DNA of 63,658 nt, filler included, from Octopus bimaculoides (taxonomy: Eukaryota): NCBI RefSeq assembly GCF_001194135.2. It is 4 parts of 3 records of this genome, joined end to end, with 100 filler letters (N's around TTAATTAATTAA, not from the genome) between each part and the next. Parts side by side here need not be neighbours in the genome. Positions count along the whole stretch, not along the records: positions 1 to 29,359 come from NC_068997.1; 3 more parts are not named here. One strand, given 5' to 3'. The notes below the pieces were generated by a model. That model ran no database searches and was not told where the DNA came from. It saw only the letters and a program-made list of their open reading frames with translations. Of this stretch, positions 12,869 to 25,739 are shown one piece after another; position 1 is the first letter of the stretch; the number at the start of each line of letters is the position of its first letter. Made by a program: the position numbers and the translations under genes.

Positions 12869-13384
12869 ATAAATAATAACAAACTTGTAGGCTATAAAGG
12901 GTGTGAGAGTTTGATAAGACCCGAAACTCGTTTCAGTGAAAATCCTGCTTCAGTTGTATTAAGTGAAAATATAACATTAATAGAATCGGTGCATTTCGTT
13001 ACTTCACTTCGTAACATAATAACATAATTAACTGTGTAAATGCTATTTGGTTTAGTGGCTACTGAAGCTCTTATGTGGTTTACTGCATTGCCATTCCGTG
13101 CATTTGTTAGTAAGTTATAATTTAGTGTAGTTTATTGCTTCACTAGTGTCCAGTACAATTTATTGCTTTTGTAGTGTCCATTGCTGTTAGTGGTTACTCT
13201 GCTATGCAACACCGTGCAATAAATTTATCCTCCAGCTTGGTCCAAGAAAGGAAATATTTTCTACGGACCATTAACGAAGGGGTATTATGTATTCTCTCCT
13301 GATATTTATATTTGTTCACAAATATTTCCCGAACAAATCCAAATATATTTGGATACTTACATAGGACCAAGGTCATTCATGTGT

Positions 13385-13654
13385 CCTAGAAATCCTACCG
13401 CCGGAGCTTGACCTGGTTTCCATGGCGTATAATTCACCGAAATCAAAACGCCCTTCCGCGGAACGACACACTTGTCCATCGCAGGTTTAATGTCCTTGTT
13501 ATTGCAAGGATTCATTTATAGCTGAGTGGGCTGGAGCAACATGAAATGATATGTTTTTTGTTCAAGAACACAACGTGCCACCCGGTCCGAGGAACGTAAG
13601 CCCGATCTCACGATCGTCAGTGCAACACCTAAACCACTAAGCCATACGCCTTCA
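13385..13654 (-). mobile_element. SINE-C (tRNA head, CORE-like body)
   Basis: agctgagtgggctggagcaacatgaaatg..caagaacacaac..aaccactaagccatacgccttcac; homologous to 18854 and 33881. Confidence 0.8.
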
Positions 13655-13803
13655 CATATCTCCTACTATCTCCTCTTTGTTATTCACTCATACCAGAATC
13701 GAATGTTGTTGATGCTGTTGTTGTTGTTGTAGTTGTGATTTAGCGTCCCAAGCCAACCTCTAATTCGGAAAACCTATGAACAAAGGCGCTGAAATGAATT
13801 TAA

Positions 13804-14126
13804 GGTACACGGACGGGATGCCGAAAGCACTTTTGCCGAAGGACAAGAAGCCGAAGCCAAGAAGCCGAACGGACACAATGCCGAACACAGACAATGCCGA
13901 ACACAGACAATGCCGAACAGACATAAAACCGAACAGACAAGATGCCGAAAAAACATGCAAAAAATAAAATATATGATAACCATTTTATTCCTACAATATG
14001 ACCGTTTGACAGACTGAATTGATCATTAAACTATGTAGGTAGGGATATTTTGTGTCCGTTCGGGTTTATGTCCGTTCGGCATCTTGTCCTTCTGCAAAAG
14101 TGCATTCGGCATCCTGTCCGTGCACG
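13804..14126. mobile_element. Foldback/MULE-like MITE with ~50-bp TIRs and subterminal 14-16-bp repeats
   Basis: The left end gtacacggacgggatgccgaaagcacttttgccgaaggacaag is nearly the reverse complement of the right end cttgtccttctgcaaaagtgcattcggcatcctgtccgtgcac; tgccgaac units repeat internally. Confidence 0.8.
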
Positions 14127-14159
14127 GAAATTAATCCTTACTTTAATGTAATGTCTATT

Positions 14160-14288
14160 CAGAACTGTGCATTATACTGCGTACCCATTTCTTGCACTTT
14201 TTTTTATGGAACTAGAGCATGATTTGGGGGAAATTTGGCTGCCGTTTCTTGCTTGTGGAGCGACTGCGTAGGTGCTCCTTAGTTGGTT
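14160..14288 (-). mobile_element. SINE-like family E fragment
   Basis: gatttgggggaaatttggctgccgtttcttgcttgtggagcgact..gctcc..gttggtt. Confidence 0.6.
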
Positions 14289-14439
14289 CTACTATCATAT
14301 GCTCTACTTTTCTTTATTTCTGTCTCTTTGTATGTGTCACTTCTTATTCCATCATCCTGTAATTTTTATTTCTTCTGAAGGATAGAATTCAATCTATGAA
14401 AGATAACACCGAAGAGAAATTCTTTCCTTAACTCAAAGC

Positions 14440-15000
14440 ATTTTAATATAAGAATAAAACGACATCAGGCTTCAATGTGTCTTAGAATTTTCTTCAAACA
14501 TACCATTATTCTTCCTCTGGTAACTACCATTATTTTCCGTTTCCATCATCATCCTTGTTAGCCTTGACTGGCTGTGTTTTATTTATTTATTTCCAAGATT
14601 CCAATAAATCTTTCATCGTTTCTTTCAACTCCCCTCCAGCATCTTCCAATCAAATTCTTTCTTTTCGCACCTCCTTAAACCGTCTTATCTGTCAAGATCC
14701 AATAAAAACAAGTTGACAATCAACACTAAATGTTTGGAACACTGGATTGGATTCTGCTACTCAGAACCGTACATAAATCTACACAACACTATATTCTTCT
14801 GATATTTGAACGGGTATAATGGCATTAGAAATATATATCTGGTTTGTCTTCAAGTAGAGACGGTACTATCCAGTTGATATATGATGACAAGGATCGAAAG
14901 GATTACACGTTTAGGAACCAAAGTGTCTATCAATCTACTATTGTTGACTGGAAGATCCACTTATCACTTTGCATATAAACTTGACGTTTCTGTATTATAA
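14440..15000 (-). mobile_element. Highly degraded RTE/BovB-like RT C-terminal relic
   Basis: Minus strand FMYGSE* followed by a KRI..(E)..W..LL..SWK..N-like stretch; many stops. Confidence 0.45.
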
Positions 15001-15561
15001 ACCTAATATTCATCGTGGAGGAAGCCTTTTAATAATACACAAACCTATTAAATACCCTTTTTATTTAAATTTGATTCATGAGGCACCAAAGATTTCGTCA
15101 CACAGCTGCGACCTTGTCACTGACATAGTTCTGCTGCAACTCTGGTACTACGTTAGTGATCAATTCGCAGTTGTGTGATGAACTTTTGACAACTCATGTA
15201 ATAAATGTGAAGTGAGTTTAACGATTGAGTGTTAATAAATGACTCTTGACTATTCCGCAATGGAATTGCTCTAGTTTCAACACATGCACTCATATCAAGT
15301 CATTTGGCAAGAGCAGTATTAACACACGTCGGTTATATATATATATATATATNNNNNNNNNNNNNNNNNNNNNNNNNNNNNNNNNNNNNNNNNNNNNNNN
15401 NNNNNNNNNNNNNNNNNNNNNNNNNNNNNNNNNNNNNNNNNNNNNNNNNNNNNNNNNNNNNNNNNNNNNNNNNNNNNNNNNNNNNNNNNNNNNNNNNNNN
15501 NNNNNNTATATATATGTATATTCTGCGTTAAATGGAGAAGCGGCAACGAGTGAAAATTCTG

Positions 15562-15603
<42 letters not shown>

Positions 15604-15943
15604 TTGATAAGATTAAACCTTATAAGCGATCACCGTGTATTGACTAAAGAAAATAATCTAATATTGAGGCATATAAGCCCTCGAACTTCAAACTAATACA
15701 CCTGCTTGTTGTTTCCTCACCTGCCTTCGCCTTTTGTTTTCTGTATACACACACACCTACACACACATGGGCGCGCGCGCAAGTCAAGTATATTGATACT
15801 ATATTTCTGCGCAAGTCGACGTAGTGCAGTTAATACGTCAAAAATGTGTCTACAAGAATACATAGATACATACACACACGCACGCACACACACACACACA
15901 CACACGCACACACACATATACACGCATACACGCATATTTGTAT

Positions 15944-16221
15944 ATATTCTTTTACTTTTACTTGTTTCAGTCATTTGACTGTGTCCATGCTGGAGCACCG
16001 TCTTGAAGTCATTTTTTAGTCGATGAAATCGACTCCAGTACATATTCTGTCTATCTTTCTATCTATATACGCCAGGCTTCTTTCAGTTTCCATTTACCAA
16101 ATCCACTCACAAGGCTTTGGTCGGCCCGAAGCTATAATAGAAAACACTACCTAAGGTGCAACGCAGTGGGACTGAACCGGAAGCATGCTGTTGGAAAACA
16201 AGCTTTTTACCACACAGCCAT
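15944..16221 (-). mobile_element. SINE-B with internal deletion
   Basis: Tail cttgtttcagtcatttgactgtgtccatgctggagcacc joined to head ggcttctttcagtttcc..ttaccacacagcca. Confidence 0.88.
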
Positions 16222-16897
16222 AGTACATATATGTTATATATACTATAAAAATTCCGTGGCAGTTGTATCCCAATATGTATTTTTTTAATAATTTATCTTT
16301 TATCTTTTACTTATTTCAGCCATGTTGGCTGCCTGGCTGTAGTAAAATATAGACTAGAAGCACTAAGCAGCGAATTATGTAAATATAAACTCATTCGTAT
16401 TTTACTACGGCCGGGNNNNNNNNNNTATAAACTCATTCGTATTTTACTACGGCCGGGCAGCGAAATTTTTTTCCCACGAGAGTTCCGGACCCCAGTTATG
16501 AACTCATTTGCATACAGCAATCAGAGCTCAACTAATAAACTAGTGTCCACCTCGTCACAAAAATACTCCAAGTTCAGCTGAGTCTAGTGGCAATTGTGCG
16601 TTATAGCAAAATCGGACTGTTCTAAACGGGTTGATAGGGGTGACAAATGTGAAATTTAGTGTATAAAGTGAATGGAGAGCCAAATTCTAAGCAAGTCTTG
16701 CGGGTGCCGCCGATACACAAAGTTCCCAGTCTAATCGTTAAAGGCACAATACTGGGTATTAGTATTTTTGGTCAATAACTGATGAAGCATTAGGGTCTTT
16801 GTGTCTATCCGACGTGTACGCTTGGTAGTATTTAATGCATTTTTCATTCATGGAATAACTGAACGCCACGCATCCTCTGTGTGTGTGTGTGTGTGTG

Positions 16898-17147
16898 TGA
16901 GCCCTGGTGTTTGTACCTCCACAGTTTTTGAGAACCGGTGTTGGTTTGTTTACATCCCCGTAATCTAGCACTTTGGCAAAAGTATATTAATAGAATAAGT
17001 ATCAGACTTCATTAAAAAGAAAAAAAACAAACAAACAAAAGACAAAACGGAAATCAGTACTAGAGGCTATTTCTTCGACATAAATTCTTTATGGTGGTGT
17101 GCCCCAGCATGGCCATGCTCCAATGACTGAAACGAGTAAAAGATAAA
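16898..17147 (+). mobile_element. SINE-B 3' half following (TG)n
   Basis: aaccggtgttggtttgtttacatccccgtaa...ggtgccccagcatggcc..aatgactgaaacgagtaaaagataaa. Confidence 0.85.
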
Positions 17148-17460
17148 TGATATGTGTGTGTATGTGTGTGTAGATAAACGATGTTATATATATATATATG
17201 AGTAAAACATTCGTTTCGTAAGCTTTGTGATGTAAGGCAGTATATTTTAGTAGATGTTGTTGCACATTGGGAGGGACATTCAACCAGTAAAAAACAAGCT
17301 CTACTTGTAGTTCACTGATTTATTGTTAATTAATAAATAAATTAATTGCTTAATTAATTATTGATTGCTTTGCCAAAATCGATCACCATAGAGGTCTGCC
17401 TTCCCGCTCTCTGTCCTCTTGCAAACTGCTTTTTTTTTATCATTCATAGCAGGTATTCAG

Positions 17461-17527
<67 letters not shown>

Positions 17528-18853
17528 GTGTGTCTGTGTGTCTGTGAGTACGTGTGCGCGGGGGGGGGATGAGTGTGTGTGTTACGTGTGCGTGCGTGTG
17601 AGTATTACGTGTGTGTGCTTGTGTGTATGTGCAGTTGTAAATGGTTGGTGGTGCCGTATATTTGTCGCGATGTACATGATCCCAGATTTTATATCTTCGC
17701 ACTCTCATANNNNNNNNNNNNNNNNNNNNNNNNNNNNNNNNNNNNNNNNNNNNNNNNNNNNNNNNNNNNNNNNNNNNNNNNNNNNNNNNNNNNNNNNNNN
17801 NNNNNNNNNNNNNNNNNNNNNNNNNNNNNNNNNNNNNNNNNNNNNNNNNNNNNNNNNNNNNNNNNNNNNNNNNNNNNNNNNNNNNNNNNNNNNNNNNNNN
17901 NNNNNNNNNNNNNNNNNNNNNNNNNNNNNNNNNNNNNNNNNNNNNNNNNNNNNNNNNNNNNNNNNNNNNNNNNNNNNNNNNNNNNNNNNNNNNNNNNNNN
18001 NNNNNNNNNNNNNNNNNNNNNNNNNNNNNNNNNNNNNNNNNNNNNNNNNNNNNNNNNNNNNNNNNNNNNNNNNNNNNNNNNNNNNNNNNNNNNNNNNNNN
18101 NNNNNNNNNNNNNNNNNNNNNNNNNNNNNNNNNNNNNNNNNNNNNNNNNNNNNNNNNNNNNNNNNNNNNNNNNNNNNNNNNNNNNNNNNNNNNNNNNNNN
18201 NNNNNNNNNNNNNNNNNNNNNNNNNNNNNNNNNNNNNNNNNNNNNNNNNNNNNNNNNNNNNNNNNNNNNNNNNNNNNNNNNNNNNNNNNNNNNNNNNNNN
18301 NNNNNNNNNNNNNNNNNNNNNNNNNNNNNNNNNNNNNNNNNNNNNNNNNNNNNNNNNNNNNNNNNNNNNNNNNNNNNNNNNNNNNNNNNNNNNNNNNNNN
18401 NNNNNNNNNNNNNNNNNNNNNNNNNNNNNNNNNNNNNNNNNNNNNNNNNNNNNNNNNNNNNNNNNNNNNNNNNNNNNNNNNNNNNNNNNNNNNNNNCAGT
18501 GGCGTATATCCGGATCCCATTGGTGTGCTAAAGGAAATGGTATTACAACTTTCTTTTATTGATCATTGTGTACATGGCGTGATTGGTAAGGGTAGATGTT
18601 GGTTTCTTCTCATTGTATTCTCACTGTGTCCTTCGCTCTTTTCACCTATACTACCGTCTATGTACCTTACGTATTTTATATGGATGCTTCAATATTTCCT
18701 AGCTTCTCATACTGAACAAAATGTTCCTAGTTTTACTGTATAGTTTGAGCGTGATTGTGCACACTTTGCAGTTATTGTCGGTGTAGTTTTATTCTGTCTC
18801 AAATGAGTATGATCTATAAAATAGTTATTTAATGACCTATTAATTAGTTATTT

Positions 18854-18980
18854 GTGAAGGCGCATGGCTTAATGATTAGAGCATCGAGCTCACGATCATG
18901 AGCTAGTGAGTTAGATTCCAGGACCGGACTGTGTGTTGTGTTCTTGAGCAAGACACTTTATTTCACACTGCTCTAGTTTA
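18854..18980 (+). mobile_element. SINE-C 5' part
   Basis: gtgaaggcgcatggcttaatg..gattccaggaccgg..gttgtgttcttgagcaagacactttatttcac. Confidence 0.85.
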
Positions 18981-19372
18981 TACTGGTCGAGCAGTCATTT
19001 TTCTACCAATACCCTCTGCACTCAGTGCCTGATGATGCGCAGACATGCGCTATGGCTGTGTAACCTAGAGAAATTCATGGATTGTGAGCTCTGGTGGTAA
19101 ATCATTTTCAGGAACGTTTTCCAGTAGTTCGGCCCTTTGACGGTGATACATCTTTTAGTGAAAAGAAGACAAGAACTAGTCTTCTATAGAAGGATAACTT
19201 TCACATTAACATATACAAAACTGATGATGGGGAAAGAGCGATGATACTCTCGGGAAACTGTGCGTCAACGAGGACGAACGGCTGGTCTGTTCTGGAGGAT
19301 TTTCGGCTCGAGAACAGTGCGCAGCTTCTAGAATCATGTTTTGGATTATGCTTTGCCCGAAAAGGGCAAGAA

Positions 19373-19466
<94 letters not shown>

Positions 19467-19875
19467 CTGGTATTCATGATAAAAGAGGTTGTGTAGTGGA
19501 CGCGACTGAAAAGACTAGAGAGGACAGTGTCATCTTTGGTTTCTCATCAACTTGAAATGAAGATGGGAAAAGGGATATTTCAGCCTCTGAATATACATTG
19601 AAAGGTGAGTGTGGGTGGCGAGCATAACTCAGGTAACTGAACCTACTCTCAGCATCTGCATGAAGGCTGCAGAAGGATTGCTGGGTGAGGGCAACAGCTG
19701 TTATTAGTCAGGACGATTATGCCTCTATGGGACCTCTAATTGGCTTTAATTGGATGTCTCCTCCACCGTAGGGTGCTTTTTTCATCGTTGCATCAATTAC
19801 CATAGGTACAATTTTCAACCTTGTGTTCAATAATTTCTTAATGTATATGCATAGGTCCTGATAAATCAGTATTCT

Positions 19876-19877
19876 TA

Positions 19878-19946
<69 letters not shown>

Positions 19947-19947
19947 T

Positions 19948-20009
<62 letters not shown>

Positions 20010-20075
20010 GTCGCTGCTTCTGCTGCTGTAGCTGCTGTTGCTGTTGCTGTTGTTGTTGCTGTTGCTTCTGCTACT
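19876..20075. repeat. Compound (CTA)n/(CTG)n/(TTG)n microsatellite
   Basis: Read directly. Confidence 0.97.
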
Positions 20076-20134
20076 GTTATCCACATCGCAGGCAGATACT
20101 GTGTCGTGTTTATGCTCCAAAGAGGAAGTCATGA

Positions 20135-20535
20135 GTAACGACTAACGACTTTTGGGATTCTTTCGTCAGTCCAATTTTCGAGAAGCTTCCTTAAAATCCT
20201 TGCAATTCTATTCGAATGTCGATTCCAGTTTTCTTTGACTGTTGCCACGAATACCCAAGGGCACTGGCACAATGTCGACATATTTTTTTCACGCCCCACA
20301 TTCAAGCAACTTCTCTTTTGTGGTCACGATATTTCTGAATGCTTTTTTTTTTTTTTTGGTTTCGTTATCCCATTCCTTCTCACACTCTCCGTTGCCACCA
20401 GGAGATGTTACGTCAGTTACGGAGCAATGTCTTTTCCTTTGTTGACGATAACAATATCTGGTTCTCTTACCTCAATCAACTGATCGCATTCAGTGTTGAA
20501 ATCCCATAATAACTTCATTATCTTTCATTGCATCA
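20135..20535 (-). mobile_element. R4/Dong-type LINE 3' relic (RLE endonuclease)
   Basis: MKLLWDFNTECDQLIEVREPDIVIVNKEK...RIARILRKLL: the WDF..PD motif of restriction-like endonucleases, frameshifted. Confidence 0.75.
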
Positions 20536-21009
20536 CATTGAGAATCATATCCCCTATAACCTTTGTTCAAATTATATTTTCCACGTAGTTTCTATTAAAA
20601 CAATGCGTGCAATATTGTCGTGCTTCCCTTTGTATTATTTTTATGCAAGTTTTCTACATACTGTCACCATAAAAGCTAATGCATTCACCTGTTTTTTTTT
20701 TCCACCATAAATCGATATAAGGACGATTCAACAAAATGTATCGATACTTTGATATTTCACATATTTTGTACTAAGACCCTCCACCTCCACCTCCTCCTCC
20801 TCCTCCTCCTCCTCGTCGTCGTCGTCGTCGTTGTTGTCGTAATCAGCATCGTCACCGTCTCTCTTTAGTAGTTATGGCGAAAGATGTTTGGTGGACAAGG
20901 CCGAGCGGGTTCTATAACATTCTTGATATACTTACCCCAAGCTATTTTCATCTGAGCTTCTACAACTTACTCATCTGACTAAACCTCGCCTACATTTGTG
21001 CCTGAATAA

Positions 21010-21490
21010 CCAAGGACGTCGAAACAAAATTTGGTTTTTAAAATGTAGAGTAATATTCCTGACGAGAGGCCAAGTCAACAGACTTGAAGATATAGAATTA
21101 CCATTTAAGGAAATCATGAAAAGGATTGATGATACATTGGCATATTGGAGATGAGTGAAGCGGTGGAAAAAGAAAGGAAGAAAAGATTTTCCAAGAATAT
21201 CTCCGAAGACTTAGAGGACAGACACTATGTTTGATTGAGTGCTCATTGAGTTTTCAAGTTTCATTTGGAATGGAATGTGAGGAGGAAGGAATTTGTCAAA
21301 ATGTGGATGACTGAGGCAAAAATGGCTGGGATTGAATTGAACTATGGTAAGCATATACCTACAACCTGGAGAACAACAGTGTGACGAAAGCCTGTGTTCC
21401 TGTTGGTCAGGGAGATCCTGGATCTGAGGGGCTCATTGATTAAGCCTAGTTGGAGATTTTCCTGAATCAGGCGGACTGTATCATCCATGT
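21010..21490 (-). mobile_element. Old L2/CR1-group LINE RT relic
   Basis: Minus strand IVQFNPSHFCLSH..SSIL..ISSSL resembles the post-YADD V.FN.SK...IL..HISSL region; weak. Confidence 0.4.
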
Positions 21491-21694
21491 CTTCACTTAT
21501 TTTGTATGCTATGAATACTTTTTCTTTCTCATTTCCTTCTTCTCTCCCTTTCTTCCACTCATCTTTTTATGTAAATTACCAAATGAATTTTCCCAAATTA
21601 CCAAATAGATTTTAAATTGTTCTTGTAATGCCCCTTTCATCAGATGCCTCAATGACAAACAGAATCATCATCATCATCATCATCATCATCATAC

Positions 21695-21744
<50 letters not shown>

Positions 21745-21849
21745 GTCATCATCATTATTGATGTTGCTGTTGTAACTTGGCATAATCGGTTGAGAGGCGT
21801 ATAGAATCTCTTGTGATATTTAGTTACTGCTACATTCACTTACGCTTCC

Positions 21850-22131
21850 TTTTGTTTAATTGTTTAAACATTCTTTTGTTTAATTGATTACCCTTAATTA
21901 AATATGGCAGCTCAAACAAAACGTGAACAAATTGTAGCATTGAAAATGGCTGGTGTAATGAATTAAGGCCTATGGGGAAAGCAAAAGATAACCATTTTGA
22001 ACTGTAAATATATCTAAAATATTATCAATAAGTATAACAATCAACCTGTAAAATTTCATTGACCAAAACTTAAAATTTTTTATTTTATGATAAAATAAAT
22101 GATTGGGAAATATATATGCGCCGTACCCTGT
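21850..22131 (+). mobile_element. Internally deleted Tc1/maT-like element
   Basis: ATG at 21904 gives MAAQTKREQIVALKMAGVMN (HTH-like start). The 3' end aaatatatatgcgccgtaccctg+TA resembles the TIR at 57063. Confidence 0.5.
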
Positions 22132-22199
22132 ACAACTTTGTACGTTCTGAATTCTCAACCATCACGGTTTACTTACATCCTTGCAGGTTTCACAAAAGA

Positions 22200-23155
22200 A
22201 GTGTGCACCATATATGGAGATCGATCTAATCGAATGTTTCCTCCTTCCAAATACGTGGCCTTGTAGCTACATAGACAAATGATTCGTGATCTGTACTGTT
22301 AACTTAGTCAAGACCAATAAACAAGGTCCCGACTACAGGAGAAACTCGATGAATCTTTCTCGACATGCACGGAAACGTTCCCGGACCGGATTAGCGAATT
22401 TATCAAAAAGGAATTGACAAGTGCAATTATCAATAGCAGAAGGTAGGTCTCGTTAAAAACTAAAATTAAAACAGAATCTGTTAGTTTTATCAGAAATATA
22501 TCGATGTAGAACAGGAGATCAAAAGAGGGAGGTATTCACCTTGATAGAAGAGGTTATCAGAAAAGACAACGGTCCTTGTCGACTTCCTCGTCACTAAACA
22601 CAAAGGATGCATTGCTCGTATGAGGGTACGTTTTTTGAAAGGCGAAGGAAGCAAATTGAGGTAACTAAGCCGCGTCTTGATCTCTCGCAGATTGCAACGA
22701 ATGCGCCTGTCCTATTCCAACAAATGTGAGAGCGAAATTTTTCTTTTTGTCTTTTTTTCTTTTCTTTTCTTTGGTGAACTAGACCCAGCGGACTTTGATA
22801 CCTATCTTGACAATTTTCCACAACTCTCTGCTGAAGACGCAGAATCTTGTGAAAAATAATTTCATTTTGAGCTGATGAAGTAGCAGATCTGTTGAATGGC
22901 TGTGCGATGGGAAAATTGCCGGGACTGTATGGCTTGCCCTATAACCTTCTTTGTCACATGCTGAGTTTTGTCGATGCTGTTTTGGCAGCCGTCTATTTTA
23001 AAACTGGATTGCTGAAATGGTCTCAATCAAGCAATATGTTTAGGATAATGGGAAGAGCTAAAAGAAGGACGCTTGTTTGTGTGATTGTGTGTGCACTGGT
23101 ACCCGAATCACTCTATGTGACTCTTTCTAGCCATATCGAGGATCATTACAAGTTG
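22200..23155 (+). mobile_element. Tx1/L1-clade LINE ORF2 relic (end of the endonuclease to pre-RT)
   Basis: TVNLVKTNKQGPDYRKLDESFL (compare G.WKLN.SLL), SLKTKIKTESVSF, LDNFPQLSAEDAESCE..EVADLLNGCAMGKLPGLYGLPY (compare GK.PG.DG.P.EFY). Confidence 0.72.
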
Positions 23156-23171
23156 TTATGTAGTTCTTCTA

Positions 23172-23270
23172 AGCTGATAGCGTTATGTCGTTGCGGGTCT
23201 TTACGTTATGAGTTCAAAACCCGCCGGTGTCAGTTTACCTTTCATCGTATTATCGACTAACGGTAAACCC
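23172..23270 (+). mobile_element. SINE-A fragment
   Basis: gtctttacgttatgagttcaaaacccgccggtgtcagtttacctttcatc. Confidence 0.65.
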
Positions 23271-23301
23271 CAGTATATTATATATTATATTATATCACAA
23301 T

Positions 23302-23575
23302 GTGGGGATGCATAGCCTAGTGGTTAAGGTGTTGCATGCGAGATCGTGGTTTCAATCCCTAGACCGAACGGTACGTTGTGTTTTCTCTGTAGTCACTTCG
23401 ACACCTGACGCATGGTACACCTGTGCACCTGTTCAGGCAACGTCGATTTGATGGAGAGAATGAGCTAATGAGCAGCATCAACATTTGATCTCTATATATA
23501 AACAAATCGTTTTTGTAGGTCATTCAGCAAAAAAGCTGAACGCTCATACAACATCTGCGATGGGAGAGTCCATCA
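23302..23575 (+). mobile_element. SINE-C variant
   Basis: gcatagcctagtggttaaggtgttg..ggtttcaatccctagacc..gttgtg tRNA-like head. Confidence 0.65.
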
Positions 23576-23584
23576 TATTATATT

Positions 23585-23800
23585 AAGGCGGTGAGCTGGC
23601 AGAATCGTTAGCACGCCGGGTAAAATACTGAGCGGCACTTTATTCGTCTTTACGTCCTGAGTTCAAATTCTGCCTGTGTCGACTTTGCTTTTAATCCGTT
23701 CAGGGTCGATAAAATAAGTACTAATTGAGCTCTGGAGTCAATGCAATCGACTTAACCCCTCCCCTGGAATTGCTGGCCTTGTGCCAGAATTTGAAACCAT
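23585..23800 (+). mobile_element. SINE-A, full length (variant 3' end ..gtgccagaatttgaaacc)
   Basis: aaggcggtgagctggcagaatcgttagcacgccggg..gagttcaaattc..gggtcgataaaataagtac. Confidence 0.9.
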
Positions 23801-23864
23801 TATCATCATTATTGTTGTTGTTGTAGTAACACTCTTCATTCAGATTTCGTGAACTCTGTGGAAG

Positions 23865-23917
23865 TTACGGGGACGCAAACACATCAGCATCGGTTGTCAA
23901 GCGATGTTGGGGGACAA

Positions 23918-23952
<35 letters not shown>

Positions 23953-24112
23953 CATATATACGACGGGCTTCTTTCAGTTTCCGTCTACCAAATCCACTCA
24001 CAAGGCTTTGGTCGGCCCGAGGCTATAGTAGAAGACACTTGCCTAAGGTGCCACGCAGTGGGACTGAACCTGGAACCACGTGGTTGGTAAACAAGTTACT
24101 TACCACACAGCC
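23865..24112 (-). mobile_element. SINE-B, low divergence, with internal (CA)n(TA)n
   Basis: gttgtcaagcgatgttgggggacaaa(ca)n(ta)n cgacgggcttctttcagtttccgtctacc...ttaccacacagcc. Confidence 0.92.
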
Positions 24113-24480
24113 GCTCCTTATTAATGAACCTTACTAACATCAAGTTCTTCTCACTCTTTCCAACTTACCCAACTACCAAAGCAATTGGTATCTCGTTTTT
24201 TATACGGTATGCTTGCCTGATTGATAGTTCATACGTCTACTTTCATTTGCTCGAAGCTACTGGAGCTAGAAGGTCCAAATGGTTTAGAAAGAAATAAAAA
24301 AAAAACATGTTTTTGTTTGTTATTCCAATTTTTTGCTCTTTTTTTTTTTAGTAAATTATTTGCATACATTCTGATCGAAGTCCAACGAAAAAAAAAAATT
24401 AAACAATATTAGTTACAGCAAAAACGAAAGGCCTTAAAAAATTCATGTTCACTTAATAACAATTTCCTAGTTAGACATAG

Positions 24481-24813
24481 ATGATGACGAGGACAACGAC
24501 GACCACAACAACGACAACAACAAAGTTGATGATGACGATTATGACGAAGAAGATGATAATGATGATGATGATGGTAAAGGTAATGATGATGACAGGTGTG
24601 ATGATAATTTCAGTAATCTTTCAAAGAAATTAATGCTATTAGTGATGATGGTGGCGGTGGTGCTAGTTATGACGACGACGACGACGACGATGGTGATGGT
24701 GATGGTGATGATGATGGTGAAAGTAAATAGTGGCGTTAGTTATAGTGGTGATGATGATGATGATTGTGTTGGTGGTGATGATAAAAACTAAGATGGTTGT
24801 GGTGGTAGTGATA

Positions 24814-24854
<41 letters not shown>

Positions 24855-24920
24855 AGTGGCGGTGCTGGTGACGATAGTGACGAGGAGCTTGAGGATGATG
24901 ATAACGATGACAACGAAGAT

Positions 24921-24983
<63 letters not shown>

Positions 24984-25098
24984 AACGGTGATGATGATGC
25001 ACGTGGAGGTTGTGCCTGGCGGTGATGATGACGATGGTGATGATGGCTGATCATGTGGTGATATTGATAAGGATATCAATAACAAAAAGAAAATAAGA

Positions 25099-25180
<82 letters not shown>
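24481..25180. repeat. Mosaic (GAT/GAC/GGT)n plus (AAT)n trinucleotide tract downstream of the Post1 stop
   Basis: Read directly; it gives spurious poly-H/T/S/Y ORFs. Confidence 0.95.
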
Positions 25181-25182
<2 letters not shown>

Positions 25183-25739
25183 CAATAAAACAATCAAAGT
25201 ACGAAAAAAGGACACAAATGTTTATATATTTTTTCCTTTTAAAATTTCTTTCTCTTTTTCTTTGTATTTATTATGGTTATTATTATTATTATTATTATTA
25301 TTATCATTATTATTATTATTATATTATTATCATTATTATTCATATTAATAATATTATCATAGTCATTTGTTCGTATTGTTTTTGTTGTTGTTACTGTTGT
25401 TGGAGGATAATGTTGTTTTTCGTTTTTTTTTTAAATTTTATAATTTTATTTTATTTTATTTTTATTTATTTATTTTTTTCAATTTCCGTCTGTCTCTGTT
25501 TTTTTTTTTTTCTGCCTCCTTTCATACATACTAACATAATCATTAACAACCAGCATTATTTTTTTTTTTATTCCTCCGCTCGTCATTTTTTTTGTTTTTT
25601 TTTCATTGACACCCTATCTCCCTTCCACTTTCTCTCTCCCTCCCTCCCTCCCTCGCTCTCTCTCTCTCTCTTTCTCTCTCACAACTTCTACATCACCAAA
25701 ATCATTGTGTTTATTAACCACACAGGATGTTATGTGACA

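Noticed and set aside
16385-16456. 32-bp direct repeat flanking a 9-N gap
   Set aside because: Typical unmerged contig overlap artefact.
18856-18930. tRNA-like A/B boxes here and at other SINE heads
   Set aside because: No cloverleaf, and they continue into SINE bodies; not tRNA genes.
18990-19800. GC-balanced unique stretch, possibly LINE ORF1
   Set aside because: No convincing motif in any frame.
22124-22141. taccctgtacaactttgt, resembling miR-10 (Hox-linked) at its 5' end
   Set aside because: Only the first 9 nt match, I see no precursor hairpin, and it is the end of a transposon TIR plus TA.
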